From a virus (taxonomy: Duplodnaviria; Heunggongvirae; Uroviricota; Caudoviricetes), in IMG/VR virus record IMGVR_UViG_2711768040_000011, positions 1-44,606 of that record: a DNA stretch of 44,606 nt. One strand, given 5' to 3'. Positions 27,666 through 36,124 of this stretch are shown in pieces. The position numbers were made by a program, and so were the translations under genes. The first letter of the stretch is position 1. The number at the start of each line of letters is the position of its first letter. The notes under the pieces were generated by a model. That model saw nothing but the letters and a program-made list of their open reading frames with translations, ran no database searches and had not been told where the DNA came from.

Positions 27666-27832
27666 GCAGATTTTCTCCTCGCCGCGAGACGCAGCCATTT
27701 CTGATCCACCAGACGGGCGGTGTAGCCCTTCAGTGTCGGGATGTCGGACGGCTTAACCGCAGGCTTACGCTGGCGGCGCGCAGGAACGCGGAATATTTCG
27801 TTTGTGATGATGCGGGAAAGTGGAGTAGACAT
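27662..27832 (-). CDS. small hypothetical protein (56 aa, NinF-position), not in supplied ORF track
   Basis: Hand-translated [23 protein letters not shown]...; AGGAGG SD; ATGA overlaps with NinB stop and phosphatase start. Confidence 0.45.
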   Translation of the reverse strand: MSTPLSRIITNEIFRVPARRQRKPAVKPSDIPTLKGYTARLVDQKWLRLAARRKSA

Positions 27833-28287
27833 CAGGCCTCCTGCTTATCGCGCAGCTGCTGGTATTCACAGCTCTGCGGAATGGTCAGGTGGCAGCCGAT
27901 ATTCATCGCCCAGGCTTCGACCTTGCACAGGAAGATGTACATTTCGCCAGTTTCCAGATCAGACGTATGGCGGAGGGATTGGACGGTGGTGACCTCGCCG
28001 GACACGACGTCTACACGGTCTTTGCTTTCGTAGCCGAGATAGGTGTGCTTCATCGCGTCTTTGACCCACTCAGGCGTAGCGAAGGTCTTGCCGCGGGCGA
28101 TGAGGTACTCGCTGATTTCCGTGTACCACATGTGGCTGAGCGCGTTCTGTGACAGGCTGCGCTTCTCTCGCCACGGCTTAACCTGCAGGCGGAAGCACTG
28201 CCCGGCATCCAGCAATGGCTGAATCTGCTGGCCGATGGCCGCGAAGTTGCCACGATGGAGTTTGATACCGTCTACTGGCAGAGTCAT
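27832..28287 (-). CDS. ninB: NinB recombination protein
   Basis: 151-aa ORF with EKRSLSQNA block resembling lambda NinB; position ahead of nin genes. Confidence 0.7.
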   Translation of the reverse strand: MTLPVDGIKLHRGNFAAIGQQIQPLLDAGQCFRLQVKPWREKRSLSQNALSHMWYTEISEYLIARGKTFATPEWVKDAMKHTYLGYESKDRVDVVSGEVTTVQSLRHTSDLETGEMYIFLCKVEAWAMNIGCHLTIPQSCEYQQLRDKQEA

Positions 28288-28499
28288 ACGGCCTCCTTAA
28301 CGGAAACCGCAGAATGCAGAAAATCGCAGGTGCATTTCTGCATCTGTGACAATGTGAGGAGTTCAGATTGTGGTCGCATTTAAGTCCCCTTAAATGCGCA
28401 GAAGTCACCAATGGGTGTTCAGACCATCAGCAAAGAAAGTATGGACGGTTGATTCAACAAAATCAACTGAAGAGAAAGGCCTCCGGAGAGGCCAATGAG

Positions 28500-28781
28500 T
28501 TAGTCGTCCACGCGTTTAAAGCACTGCGGGCAAACATCATTTCCACCGTGTTCTTCGTATGCGCTTTTAACAGCATCAGTCATCTCTTTAAAGCTTTCGA
28601 ATAGATGACTACCGTTGCTTTTTTTATAAGCTCCGGCTGCGTATTTGTAGATGTCGGACTCTTCTATGCCCTCATCAACATAAGTGCCCTCATGATGAGG
28701 GCACTGCGTTAAAGCGCCAACCCTACCAAGCATCTCCAATGCCCAACACTCTTGTTTCATGCAAAGTTGATCGATACTCAT
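28500..28781 (-). CDS. hypothetical Cys-containing small protein (AT-rich cassette)
   Basis: 93 aa from ATG 28781 with AGGAGG SD; Cys pairs incl. CPQC; AT-rich. Confidence 0.5.
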   Translation of the reverse strand: MSIDQLCMKQECWALEMLGRVGALTQCPHHEGTYVDEGIEESDIYKYAAGAYKKSNGSHLFESFKEMTDAVKSAYEEHGGNDVCPQCFKRVDD

Positions 28782-29047
28782 AACGCCTCCTGTTGGTTTT
28801 ACATCGCCAAATGAATGTACCACCATGCAAGAGGAAATGAAGCAGTTAAATTGTAAAACATGTGTATATATCAATGAGTTAAAATAGTTTGCTATTTTTC
28901 TTACAGCCTTGCTGCGTCGAATGGGTTAGGCATGGCGACCTCTACACGAGCTGAAAATATAAGCCGCTACAGCCAAATCCTGAATTGCTGTTATTGCCAG
29001 CATCCAACCATAAATGCTGTCATTGAAATGCCACGCCAGCGCTGTAA

Positions 29048-29263
29048 TCACGGCTTCACCTCCTTAGCCGTTTTGACGATTGCAGCGAGGCACTTCTTGC
29101 ATGGAACCTGCAATGAACCCTGCTCAATGCTCAACAGTGCATGCTGAGCGTCCTGAAACAACCAGTCAGAAAATTGAGGCTTATGTCCGCACCATGTTTC
29201 TGTTTCATGCTTCGCAAGTTTTACGCCGTCACGATAGTCATATTTGATGATGTGATTACTCAC
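29048..29263 (-). CDS. small hypothetical protein (AT-rich cassette)
   Basis: 71-aa ORF, GTG start with AGGAGG SD, overlaps Lar stop. Confidence 0.45.
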   Translation of the reverse strand: MSNHIIKYDYRDGVKLAKHETETWCGHKPQFSDWLFQDAQHALLSIEQGSLQVPCKKCLAAIVKTAKEVKP

Positions 29264-29559
29264 GGCTGTACCTCCTGCTGCGGTGCTGCAATTAGTTCTA
29301 GCGTGAAGCCGTCTTGCTTAAGACTATCAATGTAAGCCGCAGTTCTCCTGCGCTCGCCAGCACATGCCAGCGTTTCTGGGTCGTAAAACCACACCTTCAT
29401 TCGGCTATTCCATGCAGAAATTGCTTCAGCCTTATTGCGCTTTAATGGCCCATGAGCACCACATTTGCAGTGGACGTAGCGCTTCTTTCCCATAATACTG
29501 AATGAGTAGCCAATACCAAGCGCTGTCGATTCGCAAAATGGGCAGAGTAGTGGAGTCAT
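29260..29559 (-). CDS. lar: Lar-family restriction alleviation protein
   Basis: CPFCES...VHCKCGAHGP...AISAWNSR motif set typical of Lar/RalR family; AGGAGG SD. Confidence 0.7.
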   Translation of the reverse strand: MTPLLCPFCESTALGIGYSFSIMGKKRYVHCKCGAHGPLKRNKAEAISAWNSRMKVWFYDPETLACAGERRRTAAYIDSLKQDGFTLELIAAPQQEVQP

Positions 29560-30260
29560 TTATCCTCCTGCTGAGGTGCTGCTGAAGATGCAAAAATATC
29601 AATCAGCGTATCTTCTCCCATGCTATTGCAATGAGCCTGAAGCCTATTGATGATTGCCTGAAGAGCAAACTTCGGAACCATATTTTCCTTACCTATCTGC
29701 GGGCAGTTTTCGGTACCGAACCAAAATTGCTCGATCTGCAGCAGCAGACCATTTTTGCCTTCAGTTGCACTGAATACGCCGAACGCTTCAATGTCGTATG
29801 CTTTCGCAATCACAGGAGAGTTGCCATCGGCACCCTGAAGCATGGCGGCGCGGCGCTCCCAGTCAGCTATTGCGGCTGAATGTTCCATCGAGTCGTCGCC
29901 AAACTCAGCATGTGCGCACTCGTCTGCCGCATTGGCGGCAGTTTTCGCAATCGTCAAGAGATCTGACAGGAGCGAATCAGATATCGGTGCTGGCGGGGCG
30001 GTGTAAAGCGGCTCACATTCCCAGCCTTGCTTTTGCCAGGATGCCAGGACATTTTTTGAATCTGTCAGAAGGCCGTGATTCTCGTAATAAAGCGATCGCC
30101 ACGCCACAGGATCCGCTTCGAGAGATGCCAGCGCGATACGAAACACCTCTGCAGTCATGCTGCGAGGCGACTGATTGTCATGCGCTGGGTCGGTAAGGAA
30201 GCCAGTAATAAACGCCTTCAATTGCTGATTGTGAATATCGCGTTTGTCGATGTTGCTCAT
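29556..30260 (-). CDS. hypothetical protein
   Basis: ORF start MSNIDKRD (ATG 30260; ORF open to 30275); coupled to neighbours. Confidence 0.5.
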   Translation of the reverse strand: MSNIDKRDIHNQQLKAFITGFLTDPAHDNQSPRSMTAEVFRIALASLEADPVAWRSLYYENHGLLTDSKNVLASWQKQGWECEPLYTAPPAPISDSLLSDLLTIAKTAANAADECAHAEFGDDSMEHSAAIADWERRAAMLQGADGNSPVIAKAYDIEAFGVFSATEGKNGLLLQIEQFWFGTENCPQIGKENMVPKFALQAIINRLQAHCNSMGEDTLIDIFASSAAPQQEDK

Positions 30261-30904
30261 TGGGCGGTCCTCCAACCTTCACATTCAATGTCACTGCAGC
30301 CATCGAAATCGTATGGATTTAGCTGCCAGCTAATCTTTCCGCAGCAAGGGCAATTCCAGCGAACCTTACCGCTGCGTGATTTTTTTCGGTTGTGCTTTTT
30401 CAGCCACTCAGGCATGACAAGCCCTGCCGCCTGAACCATGGTGCGTCGGTTAAACTCATTGATGCTGAACGTGCGGCGCTTAGCCTTGTCAGCTAAAGCA
30501 AAAGGAATCCAGACAATGCCAGGCTCTGCCGTGTTGGCGGATACAAAAACGAATGCCTTACTGAAGTCGTCAGTTGGAAGGCCTCCATGTTGCAACCAGT
30601 ACACATCGTTACCGTTCCAACTGCCTTTTTTGTAGGCCACATAGGACTCACAGCCAGGCTCAATAACACTTTCGGTAGGTATGTACTGACAATCGACATG
30701 CCAGACAGCCATGGAATCAACACTGTCAGCGCAAACCGGCTGATCAATCTCTCTACCCAATTCCCAGCTTCTTTGAGCTTCTTCACGGGTGTACACGTGG
30801 GCGCGGTCTATATTGGAGCTATATCCGTTGCCGTTGTGGCAGTGGAATGACGCGTTACTGCCAACCGTTTCGCGAGTACAAAGCATGTAAAATCTATCGC
30901 TCAT
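30257..30904 (-). CDS. hypothetical protein with C-terminal CPCCG Cys cluster
   Basis: 215-aa ORF, overlapping start/stop with neighbours. Confidence 0.5.
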   Translation of the reverse strand: MSDRFYMLCTRETVGSNASFHCHNGNGYSSNIDRAHVYTREEAQRSWELGREIDQPVCADSVDSMAVWHVDCQYIPTESVIEPGCESYVAYKKGSWNGNDVYWLQHGGLPTDDFSKAFVFVSANTAEPGIVWIPFALADKAKRRTFSINEFNRRTMVQAAGLVMPEWLKKHNRKKSRSGKVRWNCPCCGKISWQLNPYDFDGCSDIECEGWRTAQ

Positions 30905-31335
30905 GACTGCACTCCTTTGCGAAGCTCGTCGGCGAAGTTCTCAGCATCTGCGGCCATGCCAGCAGCCTCTTCAGACATCCTCATGCTTCGGCTACGCAGA
31001 GCCTGCTGTCGTTCTCGCTTATGTGCGGCAAACATCTCCACACCCTGCGCCCGCACTTCAGCCAGGAAAGCGTCGGTGGCTGGGGTTTTGACCTTATTCG
31101 CAGCGAACTCAATTTTTTCTTTCGTGTCTCTGCCGATTTCGCTTGAGCCCAACTTTCCGATGAAGCTAACGATTTGGTCAGGGAACTGCTTCAGCCCCGC
31201 ATTCTCCGCAGCCAGCGCAGCGAATGTGGTTTCAAACACGTTAAGCAGAGTCGTAACTTCTGCCGGTGACATGTGCTCACCACATTCTGCATTCACCCTG
31301 GCGTTTTTAATCAGATCTTCGTATTTGTTGCTCAT
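30901..31335 (-). CDS. hypothetical protein
   Basis: 144 aa from ATG 31335 with GGGGGAGGG SD; the longer ORF to 31692 is a composition-odd extension. Confidence 0.5.
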   Translation of the reverse strand: MSNKYEDLIKNARVNAECGEHMSPAEVTTLLNVFETTFAALAAENAGLKQFPDQIVSFIGKLGSSEIGRDTKEKIEFAANKVKTPATDAFLAEVRAQGVEMFAAHKRERQQALRSRSMRMSEEAAGMAADAENFADELRKGVQS

Positions 31336-31631
31336 ACCCCTACCCTCCCCCAAACCATCAATACTCGCTTCATCGCCGCGCTGTTGCGGCACTCCTGAAA
31401 TATTCCGTTGGTGCAGCTGCGCGCGGTACCATCTTGCTCTTCCGGCGTCGCCAGGCGGTAAGTCACCGTTCGCCAGACCTTGCTCACGCGCACAATCTTC
31501 CTGGCCCGCTCCAGATCGATAGCGTTCTTGGTGATGCAGTTGATGGTCATGACGCACTCTGTGGCCACATCCTTCGCAGTGAAGGTCCGGTGCGTTTCGA
31601 GATAACGCAGAATTGCCTGTTTGCCTTTCAT
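31332..31631 (-). CDS. hypothetical protein
   Basis: 99-aa ORF between helicase and downstream genes, coupled overlaps. Confidence 0.45.
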   Translation of the reverse strand: MKGKQAILRYLETHRTFTAKDVATECVMTINCITKNAIDLERARKIVRVSKVWRTVTYRLATPEEQDGTARSCTNGIFQECRNSAAMKRVLMVWGRVGV

Positions 31632-33067
31632 CAGAAGCCCCCTTTCTTTTTCGGCTGCTGCTCGCGCCCGCGACGTTCTGCGGCGGCGGCATGCTGGTCT
31701 GTGTCGTAAATTGCCCCGTTAATCTGATTGCAATAAACCGTTCCGGTACTGCCGTGGCGGTTGAGTCGCAGGATTAACTCGGTTTCGCCCGGCGGCACGC
31801 TGTCATCGAAAGCACCTTCCCGGTGGATACCAACCCAGTAGTCGCAGTCCTGCTCAATCTGTCCTGTGTCGCGGGAATCACTCGGCAACGGGCGTTTATT
31901 CACTCGCTTCTCCAGTTCGCGGTTGAGCTGAGTCAGCAGCACGACGACGCAGCCAAGCTCTTTGGCCAGGTTCTTCAACCCTTTGGTGATCATCCCGTAG
32001 GCCAGGTCATTACGGTCTGCTTTTTCGGCGGTCATCAGCGTCAGGTAGTCAACCAGAATCATGCCTACGCAGCCTTTCTCGCGCTTAATTCGACGGCATT
32101 CGGTAACGATATGCGCCAGTGACAGGCCAGGAGTGTCGTCGATGTACAGCATGTCGATTTCACTCAGCCGCCCGGCTGTTGCGATCGCCTTCTTAAAGTC
32201 GCCGTCGTAGTCGCCCTGATACTGGTCATCGGCATCATCCGTGGCGGGCATGTAAAAAATGCTCGGGTTAATGCCCGACTTCTGACCAACCAGTTTTTCG
32301 AGGATCTGGTCGCCTGGCATTTCCAGGCTGAACATCAGCGCCGGCTTTTTCTCACGAACCGCGCAGTTGATCGCCATCTGCCCGTACAGGGTTGTTTTGC
32401 CCATTTTTGGCCTTGCGCCAATTACGAACAGAGAGCCTTTAACCAGACCTTTCGGCGCCAGCAGCCGGTCGAGTGACGGGATACCGGTACTCATGCCGCG
32501 CTGTTCGCCTGAGGGGTCAAATCGTTTTTCCAGATCTGCTACCCAGTCATCCATAACCTCGCCGAACGACCGCAACCCACGACGATTTCCGGTTTTTGAA
32601 TGATCTGCGAGCTGGGTGAAGATACCCTGAATGGCCTCATACTTCTGCGTAGCGCTCATACCGTTGCGGGAATACAGCAGCTCAGTAGCTTCGGTCAGAC
32701 GGTTGATACCGTAGCGCTCCATTGCGGCTTCCCGGACTGATTCTGCGTATGCCACGATGTTTGCTGCGCTTGGAGTGTTCTTGGCTATCTCCGCCAGGTA
32801 AGCAAAGCCACCTACCTGCTCCGCGAGCCCTTTTCCTTCAAGCGCGTCGAACAATGTCAGACCATCGACTGGCTTGTTGTCGCGGAACATCTGGCGCATC
32901 TCGGCAAAGATCAGCTGGTGAGGTCGGCTGTAGAACGACTCAGGCTTGAGCATCGCCAGAACCTTCTGGACTCGCTCGCTGTTGTCATCATCCAGCAGCA
33001 GGCCACCGATAACGCTCTGCTCCGCTTCGAGGTTTTGTGGCACAGCCATGAATTCAGCGGTCATCAC
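31631..33067 (-). CDS. replicative DNA helicase (DnaB family)
   Basis: 478-aa ORF with Walker A GARPKMGKTT and DnaB-like helicase blocks; overlaps O-like gene stop. Confidence 0.9.
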   Translation of the reverse strand: MMTAEFMAVPQNLEAEQSVIGGLLLDDDNSERVQKVLAMLKPESFYSRPHQLIFAEMRQMFRDNKPVDGLTLFDALEGKGLAEQVGGFAYLAEIAKNTPSAANIVAYAESVREAAMERYGINRLTEATELLYSRNGMSATQKYEAIQGIFTQLADHSKTGNRRGLRSFGEVMDDWVADLEKRFDPSGEQRGMSTGIPSLDRLLAPKGLVKGSLFVIGARPKMGKTTLYGQMAINCAVREKKPALMFSLEMPGDQILEKLVGQKSGINPSIFYMPATDDADDQYQGDYDGDFKKAIATAGRLSEIDMLYIDDTPGLSLAHIVTECRRIKREKGCVGMILVDYLTLMTAEKADRNDLAYGMITKGLKNLAKELGCVVVLLTQLNRELEKRVNKRPLPSDSRDTGQIEQDCDYWVGIHREGAFDDSVPPGETELILRLNRHGSTGTVYCNQINGAIYDTDQHAAAAERRGREQQPKKKGGF

Positions 33068-33959
33068 GATCCCCCTCGCGCACTTCGATGTAGAGCTTTT
33101 CGGTCAGGAACTTATCGAATTTCATGCGGCGCCAGGTTTTCCCGGATTTCTGGTCTGGTCGGTCTTCAAGCATCCAGCGGCAGTTTTGAGCGATATATCG
33201 CAGATAGCTTCTGAAACCGTCCATATCCATCGGCTTGCCGTCCAGGTTGCGGGCAATCTTGTTAGCCTTACCCCAGAAGGTGCGGATCAGATTGCGTCGC
33301 TCATCAGTGAGGCATCTCCATCCCCGGGCTTCAGGCAGTTCGTCTTTCAGGCATTGCCATACTTCATCGCATGACAAACGGGACTTTTTCTCTTCAGCGG
33401 GGTTCTGGTCATTTGCGACATACTTACTACCTTTAGGTAGTAAGTTATTTAATATATTGTTATCTGTGGACACCGGCTGGACATCGGCTGGACACACATC
33501 CTCCACAGGCATTGTTATTACTGCGTTTGCGCTGGACACTGGCTGGACATCGGCTGGACAAAAATTTGACTGATATTCGTCATATTTGACCACTTTTAGA
33601 ACAGTAAAACGGTTGTTCGATTTGGTGGTGATCATGCCCAGATTCTGGAATTTACGGAGCAGTGATTTAACGCGATCAGCGGTCAAACCCGTTTCCATTG
33701 CCAGCGTGTTACGCCCGGTGATGAACTCGCCGCGCTCGCAGATCACATCGCCAACATCAGTCGATACCAGTGTCTGTTCGTGATTAGCGCGCAGGAGCAG
33801 GTGAACCCATAAATGAGCCGCCTCAGCGTCCTTGTAGAACGGCACATCCATAATTTTACGGTGCAGCAAGGCAAACCCCTTACCGTCATTCGTGCGCGGT
33901 TTCTGGAGCCTTCTGGCCTCTCTGGCTTCGGCTAAATTGGATACGTTACCCACGGCCAC
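33054..33959 (-). CDS. replication initiation protein (lambda O-like) containing ori iterons
   Basis: 301-aa ORF upstream of helicase; DNA iterons inside the gene encode duplicated CPADVQPVS peptide; GTG start with AAGGAGAG SD. Confidence 0.7.
   Translation of the reverse strand: MAVGNVSNLAEAREARRLQKPRTNDGKGFALLHRKIMDVPFYKDAEAAHLWVHLLLRANHEQTLVSTDVGDVICERGEFITGRNTLAMETGLTADRVKSLLRKFQNLGMITTKSNNRFTVLKVVKYDEYQSNFCPADVQPVSSANAVITMPVEDVCPADVQPVSTDNNILNNLLPKGSKYVANDQNPAEEKKSRLSCDEVWQCLKDELPEARGWRCLTDERRNLIRTFWGKANKIARNLDGKPMDMDGFRSYLRYIAQNCRWMLEDRPDQKSGKTWRRMKFDKFLTEKLYIEVREGDRDDR
33465..33565. repeat. replication origin iterons (two clusters of GGCTGGACA-type repeats) followed by AT-rich segment
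   Basis: tggacaccggctggacatcggctggaca ... gctggacactggctggacatcggctggacaaaaatttgactgatattcgtcatatttgacc. Confidence 0.6.
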
Positions 33960-34185
33960 TCTCCTTACGTTTCAATTCTTCCAGGATGGCGCGCATCTTC
34001 TCTGCCACAATCGGGTTAACCGAGCGGATGAAGCGGTCGCGGGCTATGTTTTTATGTACAGCGGTATGGTAATAGCGTGGATTTTTTGCCATTATTCCTC
34101 CTGCAATGAGTGCACACGATTTGCATCTGAAGGCCAGTTCTGTTCGCGCAGACTGGCTTTCGCCATTTTTGATACTTCCCATCAC
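33946..34185 (-). CDS. small hypothetical protein
   Basis: 79-aa ORF between YdaT-like gene and O-like gene. Confidence 0.4.
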   Translation of the reverse strand: MMGSIKNGESQSARTELAFRCKSCALIAGGIMAKNPRYYHTAVHKNIARDRFIRSVNPIVAEKMRAILEELKRKESGRG

Positions 34186-34724
34186 ATAACCCCCAGCATC
34201 GACGTGACCATCGTCATCAGTGGTCCTACCTGCTCCGGCATGAGGCGGAACAGCGAAGCTATACCCTCGCTTACCTCTTTCAGCTTCTGATGCTCTGGGG
34301 CGTCCAAAAGCACGGCCTGTTTAGCTTCAGCACACTCTTTCATCGCAGAAGCGATCAGCGACATCGTGTCGTTCTGCGGCGCCAGGCGGTTGCGGTACTC
34401 CAGCGGCAATACGGACATGATTGCGGGTGTCAGCTGGCGCACGTTCTCGCGGTACTGTTCGGAGTCGAAACGGTTATCCAGGAAGCGGAACAGCTTCTGG
34501 CGCGCACGGCTGATGTCGTCAGGAAAGCTGATGGCGGTCCCGCCCTGCTCCCGGTATTCGTTGATGATCAGTGCCGAAACGACGTCCTGATTGTCCAGCG
34601 CCGAAGACCATGCCCGGACCGCATCGCGGATCTTTTCGTGGTCAGGCGCCGCCTTAGGTTGAGCGCGGTTTATCATCGCTCCCGGGTGTATTCCGGTATT
34701 GTGTTGATACGCAAGTGAATGCAT
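34182..34724 (-). CDS. YdaT-like protein (functional CII-equivalent family of Rac-type prophages)
   Basis: INEYREQGG and LTPAIMSVLPLEYRNRL blocks resemble Rac YdaT; located directly downstream of Cro-like gene. Confidence 0.6.
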   Translation of the reverse strand: MHSLAYQHNTGIHPGAMINRAQPKAAPDHEKIRDAVRAWSSALDNQDVVSALIINEYREQGGTAISFPDDISRARQKLFRFLDNRFDSEQYRENVRQLTPAIMSVLPLEYRNRLAPQNDTMSLIASAMKECAEAKQAVLLDAPEHQKLKEVSEGIASLFRLMPEQVGPLMTMVTSMLGVM

Positions 34725-34741
34725 TGCTTTCCCTTTCGTGG

Positions 34742-34975
34742 TTAGGCCGCAGTATCACGCGGCGATGCGAATACCAGGCTTTCTTTTAGGACCGGAGCCT
34801 GGCGGTGAAAATTCTTCGTGCCTTTCTCGATAGCAGATGCCATTTCTGGAGATGCCCGGCGATTTCCGTAGGCGATCTGGTCCAGGTAACCTGGCGTCGT
34901 GTTAGCCAACTTTGCGAGCTGCGCCCATTCGTCGGTAGTGGCGGCCTTGCGCCAGCGGTGTAGTTCAGTGCTCAT
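34742..34975 (-). CDS. Cro-like / YdaS-like HTH regulator
   Basis: 77-aa ORF with HTH (WAQLAKLANTTPGYLDQIAYG), divergent from cI across operator region. Confidence 0.65.
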   Translation of the reverse strand: MSTELHRWRKAATTDEWAQLAKLANTTPGYLDQIAYGNRRASPEMASAIEKGTKNFHRQAPVLKESLVFASPRDTAA

Positions 34976-35007
34976 TGGTGTCTCCGGGTGAGTCGTTTGA
35001 TTTGGAG

Positions 35008-35073
35008 TTTAGCGTTATGCTAAATACTACGCAAGCATCATTTAGCAATTTGCACATTTATCATTTTGCTAAA
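35008..35073. promoter_or_regulatory. OR-like operator cluster (TTTAGC-N5-GCTAAA palindromes) with divergent promoters
   Basis: TTTAGCgttatGCTAAA at 35008-35024, TTTATCattttGCTAAA at 35057-35073, weaker site at 35041-35057. Confidence 0.5.
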
Positions 35074-35091
35074 AGCAGTAACAATGCAGGT

Positions 35092-35769
35092 ATGGAAAAT
35101 AAAGAAATCAGAAAAGCCAACCTGGAAGCGCTGTACGAGAAGCGTCAGCACGAGTCTGGAATGACCAAAGCGCAGTTTGCCGAGCTCATCGAGACAAGTC
35201 CGGCTGCGCTTAGCCAGCTACTGGGACCAAACCCTCATCGCAATATCGGCGATAAGATGGCTCGCAAAATTGAAACTGCGCTTGATCTGCCTTTTGGCTG
35301 GATGGATGTTTTACACGCCAGTGAAGAACCTTCGAACGTTGCATTTCGAGGACTGAACGAGACAAAAGGAAGTTATCCTGTAATCAGCTGGGTAAGCGCG
35401 GGGCAATGGATGGAAGCTGTAGAACCTTATCACCGAAGAGCGATAGATCGCTGGTATGACACGACTGTTGACTGCTCAGAAGATTCATTCTGGCTGGACG
35501 TTAAAGGGGATTCTATGACCTCCCCGGCTGGACTGAGCATACCCGAGGGAGCAGCGATACTTGTTGATCCTGAAGTCGAGCCGCGCAACGGAAAGCTGGT
35601 TGTCGCGAAGCTAGAAGGCGATAACGAAGCGACCTTTAAGAAGCTTGTAATCGATGCCGGCAGACGCTTCCTAAAGCCCCTTAACCCCGCATATCCAATG
35701 CTAGAAATTAATGGAAACTGCAAAATCATCGGCGTTGTGGTTGATGCCAAAATACTAAACATCCCATAA
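35092..35769 (+). CDS. cI: CI-type prophage repressor (HTH + LexA-like S24 autopeptidase)
   Basis: N-terminal HTH, Ala-Gly cleavage site (SAGQW), GDSM Ser and FKKL Lys motifs; ATG 35092 (ORF open from 34975). Confidence 0.9.
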   Translation: MENKEIRKANLEALYEKRQHESGMTKAQFAELIETSPAALSQLLGPNPHRNIGDKMARKIETALDLPFGWMDVLHASEEPSNVAFRGLNETKGSYPVISWVSAGQWMEAVEPYHRRAIDRWYDTTVDCSEDSFWLDVKGDSMTSPAGLSIPEGAAILVDPEVEPRNGKLVVAKLEGDNEATFKKLVIDAGRRFLKPLNPAYPMLEINGNCKIIGVVVDAKILNIP

Positions 35770-35788
35770 CCTCACGCAAAACCCCTCA

Positions 35789-35813
35789 AGCCCGCCATCG
35801 CGCGGGCTTTTTT
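35789..35813 (+). terminator. rho-independent terminator after cI
   Basis: agcccgc-catcgc-gcgggct hairpin followed by TTTTTT. Confidence 0.6.
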
Positions 35814-35885
35814 ACGTCCCGAATTCCTTCGCTGTAAATTTTTAATCGCTTATTAATCAATACGCTAAATAAAACCATTCAACAA

Positions 35886-35927
35886 TTTAGCATTTTGCTA
35901 TTGCGCATAATTTAGCATCACGCTAAA
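35886..35927. promoter_or_regulatory. OL-like operator cluster (TTTAGC-N5-GCTAAA)
   Basis: Perfect TTTAGCatcacGCTAAA at 35911-35927 and partial TTTAGCattttGCTAtt at 35886-35902. Confidence 0.45.
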
Positions 35928-36124
35928 TTCACCCTATCGAAACGAAACATCGACAGCTGAGCGAAGTTAGCCAGCGGCGAAGTGGAGATTCGGTCAGTCG
36001 AACGGCGCGACAGTAAACCATGCGTCGGACCATAGGCGGGCTCAGGAAGAGCGGCAATTATGGCTAAACGATTTACCAGCAGCTCTTTGCGAGGGGCTGA
36101 CGGTAAACAATCAGAGGGGTGTAT

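Noticed and set aside
30901-31692. 263-aa ORF with Pro/Gly/Arg/His-rich N-terminal extension
   Set aside because: The N-terminal 119 residues have non-protein-like composition and overlap the upstream 99-aa gene; the credible gene starts at ATG 31335 with a strong SD.
33465-33565. Possible CRISPR-like repeat array
   Set aside because: Repeats are short iterons within a protein-coding gene followed by an AT-rich tract, the signature of a replication origin; no spacer-repeat periodicity or cas genes.
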